Positions 20,201-35,200 are shown, counted from the stretch's first letter. The stretch is 64,000 nucleotides of DNA from Isurus oxyrinchus (GCA_026770705.1 JANJGN010000016.1:88040001-88104000), one strand, 5' to 3'. Program-made: numbers and translations. The notes: a model not told the origin generated them from the letters alone.

Positions 20201-23200
20201 GCCGGGGTTGAGGGGGTGGGTGATGCCGGGGGTGGAGGTGTTGAGTTATGCCGGGGGTGGGGTATAGTTGATATCAGGGGTTGGTGGGGGTTGTTGCCGG
20301 GGCTGAGGGGGTGGGTTATGCCGGGGTGATGGGCGTGGCTGATGCCTGGGGTAGGGGAGCGGGTGATGCCGGTGTTGGGATAGTGGGTGATGCTGGGGAT
20401 GGGGGAATAGATGATGCCAGGGGTGGGGGCGTGGGTGATGCAGGGGGTGAGGGGATGTGTGATGCCGGGGTTGTGGGCATGGGTGACGCCTGGGGTAGGG
20501 AGTGAATGATGCCGGGTTTCGGGGTTGGTTGGTGCCTGGGATGGGGGCCTGGGTGATGCCGGGTGTGGGGATGTGAGTAATGCCAGAGGTGGGATTGTGG
20601 GTGATGCCGGTGGTGGGGGTTGGGTGATGCCGCGGGTGGGGATTGACTGATGTCGGGGGTGGAATGAGGGACCCATGGGTGGGGGTTTGAGTGATGCTGG
20701 GAGTCAGGGATTGGGTGATGCCGTGGTTAGGGGCGTGAGTGATGCCATGGGTGGGAGGGTGGGTGATGCTGGGGATGGGAGGGTGGGTGATGCCGGGGTT
20801 GAGGGAGTGGGTGATGCCGAGGGTGGAGGGTGTTGGTGATGCCGGGGATGGGGGAGTGGCTGATGCCTGGGGTGGACGAGTGTTTGATGCCAGGTGTGGG
20901 AACGTGGGTGATGCCGGTGGTGGGGGGTGTGGTTGATGCCGGGGGTGATGTGATTGGTGATGCTGGGTTGAGGTGGTGGGTGATGCCGGAGGTGGAGGGG
21001 TTGGGTGATGCCAGGGCTGGGGGAATAGATGATGTCGGGCGTGGGGGGGTTTGGTGGTACCAGGGGTGAGGGGCTGTGTGATGCCAGGGTTGGAGATGTG
21101 TGTGATGCCGGGGGCTGGGGATGTAGGTAATGCCAGGGTTGGGGGGTGGGTGATGCCGGGGTTGGGGTGGGGGTTGTGGGTGATGTCGGGAGTGGTGGGG
21201 TGGGTTAGCCAGGAGTGGGGTGGATTTTGATGCCAATGTTGGGGGTGTGGGTGTTGCTGGGGGTGAGGGGGTGTGTGATGCCGGGGTTGGGAGTGATAGG
21301 TGATGCCAGGTGTAGGGGGGGTGTGAGTGATGCAGGAGTTGGGGAGTTGGTGATGCCGGTTAGATTGGGTGTTTGGTGAAGCCAGGGCTGAGGAGGTGTG
21401 TGATATTGGGGGTGGGGGTGGTGGGTTTTGCCTGGAGTGGGAGGGTGGGTGATGCTGGGGGTGGGTGGGTTGGGGGGGGTTGGTGATGCCAGTGCTGGGG
21501 GGGTGGTGATGCTGGGGGTGGGGGGAGTGGTGATGCTGGTTATGGGGCGGTGGGTGGTGCTGGGGTGATGGGCGTGGGTGACTACTGGGGTAGGGGGTGG
21601 GTGATGCTGGGTGCCGGGGGGTGGTTTATGCCTGGGATGGGGGCCTGGGTGATGCCGGGGGTCGGGGAGTGGGTAATGCCAGATTTGGGGCTGAGGGTGA
21701 TGCCGGTGCTGGGGGTTGGGTGATCCCGGGGGTGGGGTTTGGCTGATGCCTGGGGTCGGGTGGTGGGTGATGCCGCGGGTGGGGCTTGGCTGATGCCGGG
21801 GTTGGGGGATGAGGGACCCATGGGTGGGAGCATGGGTGATGTTGGCGGTGAGGGAGTGGGTAATGCCGGAGGTGGTGGGCTGGGTGATGCCGGGGGTGAG
21901 GGAGGGGTTGAAGCCGGGCGTGAGGGGCTGGTGCTGCAGGGATAGGTGGTGTGGGTGATGCCAAGAGTGGGGATGGAAATTGTGGGTGATGCCGGGGGTG
22001 GTGGTGTGGGTGATGCCAGGAGTGGTTGATGCCAATGTTGGCGGTGTGGGTGTTACTGGGGGAGGGCACGGTGGGTGATGCCGGGGTGGTGGTGTGGGTA
22101 ATGCCCAGTGTAGGGGCTGTGGATGATGCCAGAGTTAGGGGTGTGGGCATTGCTGGGGGTGAGGGGAAAGGTGATGCCGGGGTTGGGAAGCTGGTTGATG
22201 CCGGGGGTGTGGTTGTGGGTGATGCCGGTTGTTTGTGGTGGTGGGTGATGCCTGGGTTGGGGGTTGGGTGATGCTGGGGGTGGGGGGGTTGGTTATGTTG
22301 GGGGTGGGAGCATGGGTGATGCCGTGTCTGGATGGGGGTGGGTAATGCCGGTGGTGGGGGGGGGGGGTGGGAGGCGCAGGGGGTGGGGTGGTGGCTGATG
22401 CCAGGGGTGAGGGGGTGGGTGATGCTGGAGTTAGGGGGGTGGTTGATGGCTGGGATGGGAGCCTGGGTTATGCCGGGGGTGGGGGAATGGGTATTGACAG
22501 AGCTGGGCGTGTGGGTGTTGCCGGTGGTGGTGGTTGGGTGATGCCGGGGGTGGGGGTTGGCTGATGCCAGGGGTGGGGTAGTGGGTGACGCCGCGCGTGG
22601 GATTTGGCTGATGCCGGGAGTGGGGGTGAGGGACCCATGGGTATGGGGGTTGGGTGACACTGAGGATGAGGGAGTGGGTAATGCCGCATGTGGGGGGCTG
22701 GGAGATGCCAGGGGTGGGGGAGAGGATGATGCCGGGCGTGTGGGGGTGGTGATGCCGGGCTAGGGATTGTGGGTGATGCTGGGAGTTGGGGTGGGGATGG
22801 TGGGTGATGCCAGGGGTGGTGATGCTAGTGTTGGCGGTGTGGGTGTTGCTGGGGGTGGTGGGGTGGGTGATACCCGGAGTGGGGGATGTGGGTGATGCCA
22901 GGGTTGGGGATGTGGATAATGCCAGGGGTGGGGGAATCGGTGATGTTGGGTGTGGGGGGGGTTGTCTGGTGCCGGGGGTGAGGGGGTGGGTGATGCCTGG
23001 GGTAGGGGATGGGTGATGCGGGGGGTGGGATGGTGGTCCATGCCGAGGTTGGGGGAATAAGTGATGCCAGGTTTGTGGGCGTGGGTGACGCCTGAGGTAG
23101 GGGGTGGGTGATGCCAGTGGTTGGGTGGGTGGTTGATGCCTGGGATGGGGGCCTGGGTGATGCTGGGGGTCAGGGAGTGAGTAATGCCAAAGGTGGGGGT

Positions 23201-26200
23201 GTTGGTGATGCTGGTGCTGGGTGTTGGGTGATACTGCACGTGGCGGTTGGCTGATGCTGGGGGTGGGGGATGAGGGCCCATGGGTGGGGGGGTTGGTGGA
23301 TGCTGGGTGTGAGGGAGTGGGTAATGCCGGAGGTGGTGGTTCTGGGTGATGCCGGGGGTGGGGGAGTGGGTGATGCCGGGGTAGGGGGTAGTGGGTGATG
23401 CCATGAGTGGGGGTGGGGGTTGTGGGTGATGCCGGGGGTGGTTGATGCCAGTGTTGGTTGTGTGGGTGTTGCTGGGGGTGAGGGGGCAGGTGATACCAGG
23501 GTTAGGGGTGGGGGTGATGCCGGTGGTTCGTGGGGTGGGTGTTGCCGTTGTTGGGGAAGTGGAAGATGCCGGGTGTGGGGGTTGGTTGATGCCGGGGCTG
23601 GGGTGTGGGTGATGCTGGGGGTGTGGGTGAGTGTGATGCCTGGGGTAGGGGGGTGGGTGATGCCAGGGTTGTGGGTTGGGTGATTCCAGGTGTGGGAAGG
23701 TGGGTGATGCCATGGGTGGGGGGGGTGGGTGATGCTGGGGGTGGAGGAATAGGTGATGTCGGGGGGCGGGGGTTTGGTGGTGCCGTGGGTGAGGGGGTGG
23801 ATGATGCCTGGGGTAGAGGAGTGTTTGATGCTGGGGTTGGAATGGTGGGTGATGCCGGGGTGGGGGAATAGGTAATGCTGGGGGTGGAGGGGGGGTGGGT
23901 GATGCCAGTGGTGAGGGGGTGTGTGATGCCGGGGTTGTGGGAGTGGGTGACGCCTGGGGTAGTGGGTGGGTGATGCCGGGGGTGGGGGGTGGTTGATGCC
24001 TGGGATGGGGGCCTGGGTGATGCCGGGGGTGCGGAAGTGGGAACTGCCAGAGGTGGGAGTGTTGATGATGCCGGTGGTGGGGGTTGGGTGATGCCACGGG
24101 TGGGTATTGGCTGATACTGGGGGAGGGGGTGAGGGACCCATGGTTGGGGTTGGGTGATGCTGGGGGTGAAGGAGTGGGTAATGCTGGATGTGGGGGTTTG
24201 GGTTAAGTCAGTGTTGGCGGAGTGGGTGATGCCGGGCGTGAAGTGGTGGTGATGCCGGTGTAGGGGGTGTGTGTGATGCTGGGAGTGGTGGTGGCGGTTT
24301 TGGGTGTTGCCGGGAGTGGTGGGGTGGGTGATGCTGGGAGTGGATGATGCCAGTGTTGGCGGTGTGGGTTTTGATGGGGATGGGGTTGGTGGGAGTTGCC
24401 ATGGGTTAGGGGGTGTGTAATGCCGGGGATGGGTGATGCCAGGGGTGGGGGCTGTGTGATGCTGGGTGTGGGGTTGGTTGATGCCGGAGATGGGCGGGTG
24501 GATGATGGTGGGGGTGAGGTGGGGTGGATGATTCCGGGGGGCGGTAGGGGGTGGGTAATGCCGGGGCAGGGTGATAGCAGGGTTGGTGGTGTCGGCGTTG
24601 CTGGCGGTGAGGGGGTGGGTGATGCTGGGTGTGGGTGGGGGGGGGGTGGTGATGCCAGGGGTGAGGGGGTGGTGATATCGGGGGTGAGAGGGTGGGTGAT
24701 GCCGAGGGTGGGTGGGGTTGATGCTGGGAGTGAGGGTGTGGGTGATGCCGGGGAGGTGGGGTGTTGGGTGAAGCCAGGGGTTGGGAGTTGTGTGATGCCG
24801 GGGGTGGGTGATGCTGGGTGTGGGGCAATGGCGAGTGTGGAGGGGTGGGTGATGCCGGCGGTGGGGGATGTGGGTGATGCTGGGGGTGGGGGGAGTGGTG
24901 GTGATGCCAGGGGTGAGGGGGTGGTGATATCGGGGGTGAGAGGGTGGGTGATGCCAAGGGTGGGTGAGGTTGATGCTGGGGGTGAAGGAGTGGGTAATGC
25001 CGGATGTGGGGGTTTGGGTGAAGTCAGTGTTGGCGGAATGGGTGATGCCGGTCGTGAAGTGGTGGTGATGCCGGTGTAGGGGGTGTGTGTGATGCTGGGA
25101 GTGGTGGTGGCGGTTTTGGGTGTTGCCGGGGGTGGTGGGGTGGGTGATGCTGGGAGTGGATGATGCCAGTGTTGGCGGTGTGGGTTTTGATAGGGATGGG
25201 GTTGGTGGGAGTTGCCATGGGTTAGGGGGTGTGTAATGCCGGGGATGGGTGATGCCAGGGATGGGCAGGTGGATGATGGCGGGGGTGGGGTGGGGTGGAT
25301 GATTCCGGGGGGCGGTAGGGGGTGGGTAATGCCGGGGCAGGGTGATAGCAGGGTTGGTGGTGTCGGCGTTGCTGGCGGTGAGGGGGTGGGTGATGCTGGG
25401 CGTGTGTGGGGGTGGGGGTGGTGATGACAGGGGTGAGGGGGTGGTGATATTTGGGGTGGAGGTGGTGGGTGTTGCCTGGGGTGAGGGGGTGGCTGATGCT
25501 GGGGGTGGCTGATGCCGGGGGTTGGGAGTGTTGGTGAGGCCAGAGTTTGTAGGGTGAGTGATGCCGGGGGTGGGGGGAGTGGTGATGCTGGGTATGGGGG
25601 GGGTGGGTAATGCCGGTGGTGAGGGGGTGGGTGATGCCGGGGGTTGGGGGGGTTAGTGATTCAGGGGGTGGGGCGATGATTCATGCCATGGATGGGGGAG
25701 TGGGTGATTCCGTTGGTGGTGGGGGCAGGTGATGCCGGAGTTGGGGGGGGGTGGTGGTATCATGGGTGAGATGGTGGATGATGCCGTGGGTGGGGGGGTT
25801 GATGCCTGGGGTTGGAGTGGGGCGCTGATGCCGAGGATGATTGGGTGGGTGATGCCTGGTATGGGGGGTTGGGTAATGTCGGGGGTGGGTGATGGCAGGA
25901 TTGGGGGGGCTGGGTGATGCTGGGGGTGGGGGTGGGGTGGATGACGCCGGAAGTGAGGGGTGGGTGGTGACAGTGGTTGGGATGTTGGGTGAAGCCAGGG
26001 GTGAGGGCTTGTGTGATGCCGGGGGTGGTGGTAGTTGGTGTTGCCAGGGGTGGGGGTGTGGACGATGCTGGGTTTGAGTGATGCCGGGGATTGGGGGGTT
26101 GGTGATGCCGGGGGTGGGTGATGGCAGGGTTGGGGGGGATGTGTGATGCTAGGGGTGTGGATGGGGTGGATGACGCCGGGAGTGGGGGGTGGGTGATGCC

Positions 26201-29200
26201 GGGGGTTGGGATGTTGGGTGAAGCCAGGGGTGACGGGGTGTGTGATGCCGGGGGTGGTGGTAGTTGCTGTTGCCGGGGGTGGGGGTGTGGGTGATGCCGG
26301 GGGTGGGTGATGCCGGGGATTGAGGAGTTTGGTGATGCCGGGGGTGGGGCGATGGGTCATGACTGTGCGTGGGGGAGGGTTGGTGATGCCGGCGGTGGGG
26401 GGGTTGGGTGATGCCGCGGATGGGGGTCTGGTGATGCCTGGGGTGAGGAGGTGGGTGATGCCGGGGTGGTAGGGTGGGTGATTCCGGGAGTGAGAGGGTG
26501 GGTGATGCCGGGCTGGAGGTTTGACTGATGCCAGGGTTGAGGGTGTGGGTGATGCCGGGGGTGGGGTTGTGGGTGGTGCTAGGGCTGGGGATTGTGTGAT
26601 GCCGGGGGTGGGGTGGGTATTGTGGGTGATGCCGGTGGTGGTGGGGTGAGTGATGCCGGGGTTGGGGGGGTGGGTGATGCCGGGGTTGGGGGTGGGTGTT
26701 GTGGGTGATGCCGGTGGTGGTGGGGTGAGTGATGCCAGGGTTGGGGGGGTGGGTGATGCCGGGTTTGGGTGTGGTGATTGTTGCCATGGGTTAGGGGGTG
26801 TGTAATGCTGGGGGTGGGTGATTCCAGGGTTGGGAGTTGGGTGATGCCTGGTGTAAGTGGTTGGTTGATGCCGGGAATTGGGGGGGGCGGGGTGCATGGT
26901 AGAGGTTTGGTGGGGGTGTGGTGCCGGAGATGCGGCCGTGGGGCATTCCAGGTGTAGCATGATGGGTGATGCCGGAGGAAGGGGGCTGTGTGATGCCGGG
27001 TGTGGGGTTGGTTGATGCTGGAGATGAGCGGGTGGATGTTGGCGGGTGTGGGGTGGGGTGGATGATTCCAGGGAGTAATGCCGGGTCAGGGTGATGGCAG
27101 GGTTGGTGGTGTCGGTGTTGCTGGTGGTGAAGGGGTGGGTGATGCTCGTTGTGCGGGTGGTGAGTGATGCTGGGAGTGGGTGTTGGCAGGGTTGGAGGGG
27201 CGGTTGCTGATGGGTTTGGGTGGGGGGGGTGGATGACACGGGGAGTGGGAGGGTGTGTGTTGCTGGGGAGGTGGGGTGTTGGGTGAAGCCAGGGGTTGGG
27301 GGGTGTGTGATGCCGGGGGTGGCTGATGCCGGTAACTGGAGGGTTTGTTGATGCCGGGGGTTGGTGATGCCGGGGGTGGGGCGATGGGTAATGGTGAGGG
27401 TGGAGGGGTGGGTGATGCTGGCGGTGGGGGACGTGGGTGATGCCGAGGGTGGGAGGGGAGGTAATGGCAGGGGTGAGGGTGGTAGGGTGGGTGATTCCGG
27501 GAGTGAGAGAGTGGGTGATGCCGCGCTGGAGGTTTGAGTGATGCCGGGGTTGAGGGTGTGGGTGATGCCGGGGGTGGGGTTGTGGGTGGTGCTAGGGGTG
27601 GGGATGTGGTGATGCCGGGGGTGGGGGTGGGTTTTGTGGGTGATGCCAGGGGTGAGGGGGTGGGTGATGCCGGGGTTGGTGGTGTGGATGATGCCGGGGA
27701 TGGGGGCAGATGGTGATGCCTGGGATGGTGGTGTGGGTGATGCCGGGGGTGGGGGGTTTGGTGATGCCGGAGTTGGGGGTGGGGTTTTTGGGTGATGCCG
27801 GAGGTGGTGGGGTGGCTGTGTGATGCCGGGGTTGGGGGCTGGTTGGGTGATGCCGGGGTTGGTGGTGTGGGTGATGCCGGGGGTGGGGGTGTTGTTGATG
27901 CCGAGGTTGAGGGTGGGGGGTTGTGGGTGATTCCGAGGGTGTTGGGGTGGGTGATGCCGGGCGTGGGGGGTTGGGTGATTCCAATGTTGGGGTTGTGGGT
28001 GTTGCTGGGGGTGAGTGGGTATGTGATGCCTGGGGTAGGGGGGTTGTGTGAGGCCGGGGGTGTGTGATGCCACGGTTGAGTGGTGGGTGATGCGGGGGTG
28101 GGGGAGTGAGTGATGCCGCTGGTGTGTTTGGTGAAGCCAGGGGTGAGGAGATGTGTGATATTTGGGGTGGAGGTGGTGGGTGTTGCCTGTGGTGGGGGGG
28201 TGTGTGATGCTGGGCGTGGCTGATGCCGGGGGTTGGGGGTGTTGGTGATGCCAGAGTTTGTAGGGTGAGTGATGCCGGGGGTGGGGGGAGTGGTGATGCT
28301 GGGTATGGGGGGAGTGGGTAATGCCGGTGGTGAGGGGGTGGGTGATGCCGGGTGTTGGGGGGTTAGTGATTCAGGGGGTGGGGCGACGATTCATGCCATG
28401 GATGGGGGAGTGGGTGATTCCGTTGGTGGTGGGGGCAGGTGATGCCGGAGTTGGGAGGGGTGGTGGTATCATGGGTGAGATGGTGGATGATGCCGTGGGT
28501 GGGGGGGTTGATGCCTGGGGTTGGAGTGGGGCGTTGATGCCGAGGATGATTGGGTGGGTGATGCCTGGTATGGGGGGTTGGGTAATGTCGGGGGTGGGTG
28601 ATGGCAGGATTGGGGGGGCTGGGTGATGCTGGGGGTGGGGGTGGGGTGGATGACGCCGGAAGTGAGGGGTGGGTGGTGACAGTGGTTGGGATGTTGGGTG
28701 AAGCCAGGGGTGAGGGCTTGTGTGATGCCGGGGCTGGTGGTAGTTGGTGTTGCCAGGGGTGGGGGTGTGGACGATGCTGGGTTTGAGTGATGCCGGGGAT
28801 TGGGGGGGTTGGTGATGCCGGGGGTGGGGCGATGAGTCATGCCTGTTCGTGGGGAGTTGGTGATGCCTGCGGTGGGAGGGTTGGATGATGCCAGCGGTTG
28901 GGGGGGGGGGGGTCGTGGTGTCGGGGGTGAGAGGTTGGGTGATGCCGGGGGTGAGGTATTCGGTGATGCCATGGGTGGTAGGGTGCGTGATTCTGGGAGT
29001 GAGAGGGTGGATGATGCCGGGCTGAAGGTTTGAGTGATGCCGGGGTTGAAGGTGTGGGTGATGCCGGGTTTGGGGTTGTGGGTGGTGCTGGGGGTGTGGA
29101 TGTTGTGATGCCTGGGTTGGGGATGGGTGTTGTGGGTGATGCCGGGGTTGGAGGGGTGGGTGATGCCAGGGTTGGGGGTGGGGTTTGTGGGTGATGCCGG

Positions 29201-32200
29201 GCATGGGGAGTGGGTGATGCTAATTTTGGGGGTGTAGTTCTTGCTGGGAGTGAGGGGGTGTGTGATGCCAGTGTTGGGGGTAGTTGGTGTTGCCTGGGGT
29301 GGAGGTGTGAGTGATGCCGGGGGTGAATGGTGCCAGGGATTGTTGGGGTTGGTGATGCCGGGGGTGGGGCGATGGGTCATGCCGGGGTTGGGGGAGTAGG
29401 TGATGTCAGCAGTGGGGGGCGGTGATGCTGGGGGTAAAGGGTTGTCTGATACCGGGGGTGAGGGTGTGGGTGATGCCGGGGGTTGGAATGGGGAGGTGAT
29501 GTCGGAGTTGAGGTTGTGGGTGATGCCAGGGGTATGGGGGGGGGAGGGTATTGTCGGGGGTGAGGGGTTGGGTGCTACCGGGGGTGAAGTGGTGGGTGAT
29601 GCCGGGAGTGGTGGTGTGTGTGATGCCGGGGTGAGGGTGTGGGTGATGCCGGGGGTGGGGGCGTGGGTGATGCTGGGGGAGGATGTGTGGGTGATGCTGG
29701 GTTTGGGTGGGTGAGTGATGCCGGGCTGCGGGTGGGGGTTGTGGGTGATGCCGGGGGTGTTGGGGTGGGTGATGCCTGGAGTTGGGGGGTGGGTGATGCC
29801 AATATTGGGGGTGTAGTTGTTGCTGGGAGTGAGGGGTGGGTGTTGCCGGGGTTCGGGGTGATAGATGATGTCGGGGGTAGGGGTGCTGGGTGATGCCAGG
29901 GGTCGGCGATGCCACGGTTGGGGGTTGGGTGATGCTGGGGATGGGGGGTGGGTGATGCTGGGAGTGGGGGAGTTGGTGATGCCGGTGGGGTGGTGTGTTT
30001 GGTGATGCCAGGCATGAGAAGGTGTGTGATGTTGGGCATGGGTGTGGTGGGTGTTGCCTGGGGTGAGGGGGTGGGTGGTGCCATGTTTGGATGGGTGGTT
30101 GATGTCAGGGATTGGGGGGGCGGTTGGGTGATGCCAAGGTTGAGGGGTTGGGTGATGCCGGCGGTAGGGGGTGGGTAATGCCAGGGCAGGGTGATGGCAG
30201 GGTTGGTGGTGTCGGTGTTGCTGGCTGTGAGGGGGTGGGTGATGCTGGGTGTGGGGATGGTGGGTGATGCCGGGGGTGGGTGTTGGCAGGGTTGGAGGGG
30301 TGGGTGATGATGGGTGTGGGTGGGGTAGGGTGGATGACGCCGGGAGTAGGGGGGCGTGTGATGCCGGGGATGTGGGGTGTTGTGTGAAGCCAGGGATTGG
30401 GGGTATGTGTGATGCCGGGGGTGGGTGATGCCGGTGCCTGGAGGGTTTGGTGATGCTGGAAGATGGTGATGCAAGGGGTGGGGCGATGGGTAATGGCGAG
30501 GGTGGAGGGGTGGTTGATGCCGGCGGTGGAGTGTGTGGGTGATGCCGGGGGTGGGGGGGTGGTGATGTCGGGGGTGAGAGGGTGGGTGATGCCGAGGGTG
30601 GGCTGATGCCGGGGGTGAGGGTGTGGTTGATGCCGGGGTTGTTGGTGTGGGTGATACCTGGAGGTGGGGGGGTTGGTGATGCCGGAGTTGGTGGTGTGGG
30701 TGATGCCGGGGTTGGGGGTGGTTGTGTGATACCGGGGTTGGTGGTGTGGGTGATGCCGGGGGTGGGGTGTTTTGGTGATGCCGGGGTTGGGGGTAGGGCT
30801 TGTGAATGATGCCGGGGGTGGTGGGGTGGGTGATGCCAGGAGTGGGGCGTCGGGTGATTCCAATGTTGGGGCTGTGGGTGTGGCTGGGGTGAGGTGGTGT
30901 GTGATGCCGGGGGTGGGGGTGATAGTTGATGCCAGGAGTAGGGGGTTTGTGTGTTGCCAGGGGTGGGTGATGCCACGGTTGAGGGTTGAATGATGCTGGG
31001 GATGGGGGTGTGGTGGGTGATGCGGGAGTGGGGGAGTGAGTGATGCCGCGGGTGGAGGGTGTGGGTGATGCCGGGGGTGGGGGGGTGGTGATGTCGGGGG
31101 TGAGAGGGTGGGTGATGCCGAGGGTGGTCTGATGCCGGGGGTGAGGGTGTGGTTGATGCCGGGGCTGTTGGTGTGTGTGATGCCGGGAGGTGGGGGGGTT
31201 GGTGATGCCGGAGAAGGTGGTGTGGGTGATGCCGGGGTTGGGGGTGGTTGTGTGATACCGGGGTTGGTGGTGTGGGTGATGCCGGGGGTGGGGTGTTTTG
31301 GTGATGCCGGGGTTGGGGGTAGGGCTTGTGAGTGATGCCGGGGGTGGTGGGGTGGGTGATGCCAGGAGTGGGGCGTTGGATGATTCCAATGTTGGGGCTG
31401 TGGGTGTGGCTGGGGTGAGGTGGTGTGTGATGCCGGGGGTGGGGGTGATAGTTGATGCCAGGGGTAGGGGGTTTGTGTGTTGCCAGGGGTGGGTGATGCC
31501 ACGGTTGAGGGTTGGATGATGCTGGGGATGGGGGTGTGGTGGGTGATGCGGGAGTGGGGGAGTGAGTGATGCCGGGGGTGGAGGTTGGGGTGTGGGTGAT
31601 GCCGGGGTTGGGGGTTGGGGTGTGGGCGATGCCAGGAATTGGGGGAGTGAATCATGCCGGGTGTTGTGGGGTGGTTGATGCCAGGGATGGGGGGTGGGAG
31701 GGGTGGGTGATGCCAGGGTGGGGGGTGGGGGGTGGGCGATGCCGGGGGTGGGTGATGCCATGGGTTGGTGGGTTTGTGATGCCGGGGATGCGGGGTGGGT
31801 TGATGCCGGGGGTAGCGTGATGGCTGATGCTATGGTTGAGCGGGTGATTGGTAGTTAGGTAATGCTGGACGTGGGGTGGTGGGTGATGCCGGGAGTGAGG
31901 ACGTGGTTGATGCCGCGGGTCAGGGAGGTGGGTGATGCCAGAGGTGTGAATGTGGGTGATGCCGGTGGTGGGGGTTGGCTGAAGCAGGGCGTGGGGGTGA
32001 GGGACCCATGGTTGGGGGGTTGGGTGATGATGGGGGTGAGGGAGTGGGTAATGCCGGAGGTGGGGCGTTGGGTGATGCCGGGGGTGGGGGAGTGTGTAAT
32101 GCCGGGTGTGGGTGATACCATGGTTGGGGGCTGGGTGATGCCGGGTGTGGGGGGGTGGTTGATGCCGGGGATGGGGGCCTGGGTGATGCCGGGGTTGGGG

Positions 32201-35200
32201 GAGTGGGTAATGCCAAAGGTGGGGCTGTGGGTGATGCCAGTGCTGGGTGCTGGGTGATGCCGTGGGTGGGGGTTGGCTGATGCCAGGGCTCGGGTGGTGG
32301 GTGATACCGTGCGTGGGGGTTGGCTGATGCCGGGGGTGGGGGATGTGGGACCCATGTGTGGGGGGGGTTAGGTGATGCTGGGCGTGAGGGAGTGGGTAAT
32401 GCCGGAGGTGGGGGTCTGGGTGATGCTGGGGGTGGGGGAGTGTGTGATGCCGGGCGTGAGGGGGTGGTGATGCCGGGGTAGGGGGTGTGGGTGATGACGG
32501 GAGTGGGTGTGGGGGTTCTGAGTGAAGCCGGGGGTGGTGGGGTGGATGATGCTGGGAGTCGGTGATGCCAGTGTTGGCAGTGTCGCTGCTGCTGGGGGTG
32601 GGGGTGGTGGGTGATGCCATGGGTAGGGGGGTGTGTAATGTCGGGGGTGGGTGATACCAGGGTTGGGGGCTGGGTGATGCCGGGTGTGGGTGTGGGGGTT
32701 CTGGGTGATGCCGGGGGTGGTGGTGTAGGTGATGCCGGGAGTGGGTGATGCCAGTGTTGGCGGTGTGGGTGTTGCTGGGGTTGAGGTGGGAGGTGATACC
32801 GGGGGTGGGGGTGCTGGGTGATGACAGAGTTGGGGGAGTCGGTGATGCCGGGATGATGGGCGTGGTTGATGCCTGGTGTTGGGGGTGGGTGATGCCAGGG
32901 GTGGGATGGTGGGTCATGCCAGGGGTGGGGGAATAGGTGATGCCGGGGTTGTGGGCATGAGTCACGCCTGGGGTAGGGAGTAGGCGATGCCGCGGGTCGG
33001 GGGGTGGTTGATGCCTGGGATGGGGGTCTGGGTGATGCCGTCGTTGGGGGTTGGCTGGTGCCGGGGGTCTGGTGGTGCGTGATACTGCCCGTGGGGGTTC
33101 GCTGATGCCGGGGGTGACATGATGGGTGATACCGGGGTTGAGGGGATGGGTGATGCTGGGGGTGGGGGAAAAGGTGATTCTGGGGGTTGGGTGGGGTGAT
33201 CCTGGGGGTGAGGGGATGTGTGATGCCGGGGTTGTGGGCGTGGATGACGCCTGGGGTAGAGGGTGGGTAATGATGAGCGGAAGGGTGCTGGTTGATGCCT
33301 GGGATGGGGGCCTAGGTGATGCCGGGGGTGGGGGAGTGGATAATGCCAGAGGTGGAAGTGTGTGTGATGCAGGTTTTGGGGGATGGCTGATGCCGGGGGT
33401 GGGAGTGAGGCATCCATGGGTGGGGGGTTGGATGATGCTGGGGGTGAGGGCGTTGGTAATGCTGGAGGTGGGGGGCTGGGTGATGCCGGGGGTGGTGGGG
33501 TGGGTGATGCTGGGAGTTGGTGATGCCAGTGTTGGCGGTGTGGCTGTTGCTGGGGGTGGGGGGGTGGTGATGCCATGGGTAGGGGGTTGTGTAATGCCGG
33601 GGGTGGGTGATACCAGGGTTGGGGGCTGGGTGATGCCGGGTGTTGGGGGATGGTTGATGCCGTGGATGGGGAGGTGGTGGATGGTGGCGGGGGTGGGGGA
33701 GTGGGTGGTGGGGATGCAGTAGGGGGTGATGCCAGGTGTAGTGTTTTGGGTGATGCCGGGGTTGGGGGTAGTGTGTGATGCCGGGGGTGGGTGATCCCAG
33801 GGTTGGGGGCTGCGTGATGCCGGGTGTGGGGGTTGGTTTATGCCGGGGATGGGGGAATGGATGGTGGCAGGCGTGGGGTGGGGTGGATAAAGCCGCGGTG
33901 CGAGGGGATGTGTGATGCCAGGGGTAGGGAGTGGGTCATGCCGGGGGTGGGTGTTGCTGGCGGTGAGGAGTTGGGCTGGGGTTGGGGGTGGTCGGTGATG
34001 TCGGGATTGGGGGGAGTGGGTGATGCTGGGGGTGGGTGGGGATTGGATGATGCCGGGGGTTAGGTGGTGGGTGACGCTGCGGCTGGGCATTGGCTGAATG
34101 CCAGGGGTGTTGGTGAGGGACCCATGGGTGGGGGGTGGTGGTGTGGGTGATGCCGGGAGTGGGTGGTGCCAGCGTTGGGGGTGTGGGTGTTGCCGGTGTT
34201 GGGGGAATAGGTGGTGTCGGGTGTGGGGCAGGGGGTGGGTGATGCCGGGGTGATGGGCATGGGTGATGTTTGGGGTGGGGGTGGGTGATGCCAGGGGTGG
34301 GATGGTGAGTCATGCCGGGGGTGGAGGAATAGGTGATGCCGGGGTTGTGGACGTATGTGATGCCTGGGGAAGGGGGTGGGCGATGCCGCGGGTCGGGGGT
34401 GGTTGGTGCCTGGGATAGGGGCCTAGGTGATGCCGTTGGTGGGGTTTGGCTGACGCCGAGTGTCGGGTGGCGAGTGATACTGCGCGTGGTGGTTGGCTGA
34501 TGCCGGGGGGTAACGTGATGGGTGATGCCGGGGTTGAGGCGTTGGGTGATGCCAGGGGTGGGGGAATAGGTGATGTCAGTTGTGGGGGTGGTTTGTGGTG
34601 CCGGTGGTGAGGGGGCGGGTGATGCCGAGGTGATGGGCGTGGCTGATGCCTGAGGTAGGGGTGTGGCTGATGCCGGGGTTGGGATGGTGGGTGATGCCGG
34701 GAGTGGGGAAATAGGTGATGCCGGGGGTGGGGAAATAGGTGATGCCGGGGGTGGGGAAATAGGTGATGCCGGGGGTGAGGGGGTCGGTAATGCTGGGGGC
34801 GAGGGGGTGTGTGAAGCCAGGGTTGTGGGCGTGGGTGACGCCTGGGGAAGTGGGTGGGTAATGCCGAGCGGGGGGGTTGCTGGTTGATGCCTGGGATGGG
34901 GGCCTGGGTGATGCCGGGGTTGGGGGAGTGGGTAATGCCAGAGGTGGGAGTGTGGGTGATGCCGGTGGAGGGGGTTGGCTGATGCTGGGGGTGGGGGTGA
35001 GGTACCCATGGGTGGGGGAGTTGGGTGATTCCGGAGGTGGGGGGCTGGGTGATGCCGGGGTTGGGGGAGTGTGTGATGCCGGGCATGAGGGGGTGGTGGT
35101 GCCGGGGTCGGGGGTGTGGGTGATGCCGGGTGTGAGGGGGTTGTGTTGCCGGGATAGGAGGTGTGGGTTATGCCAGGAGTGGGTGTGGGAGTTCTGGGTG

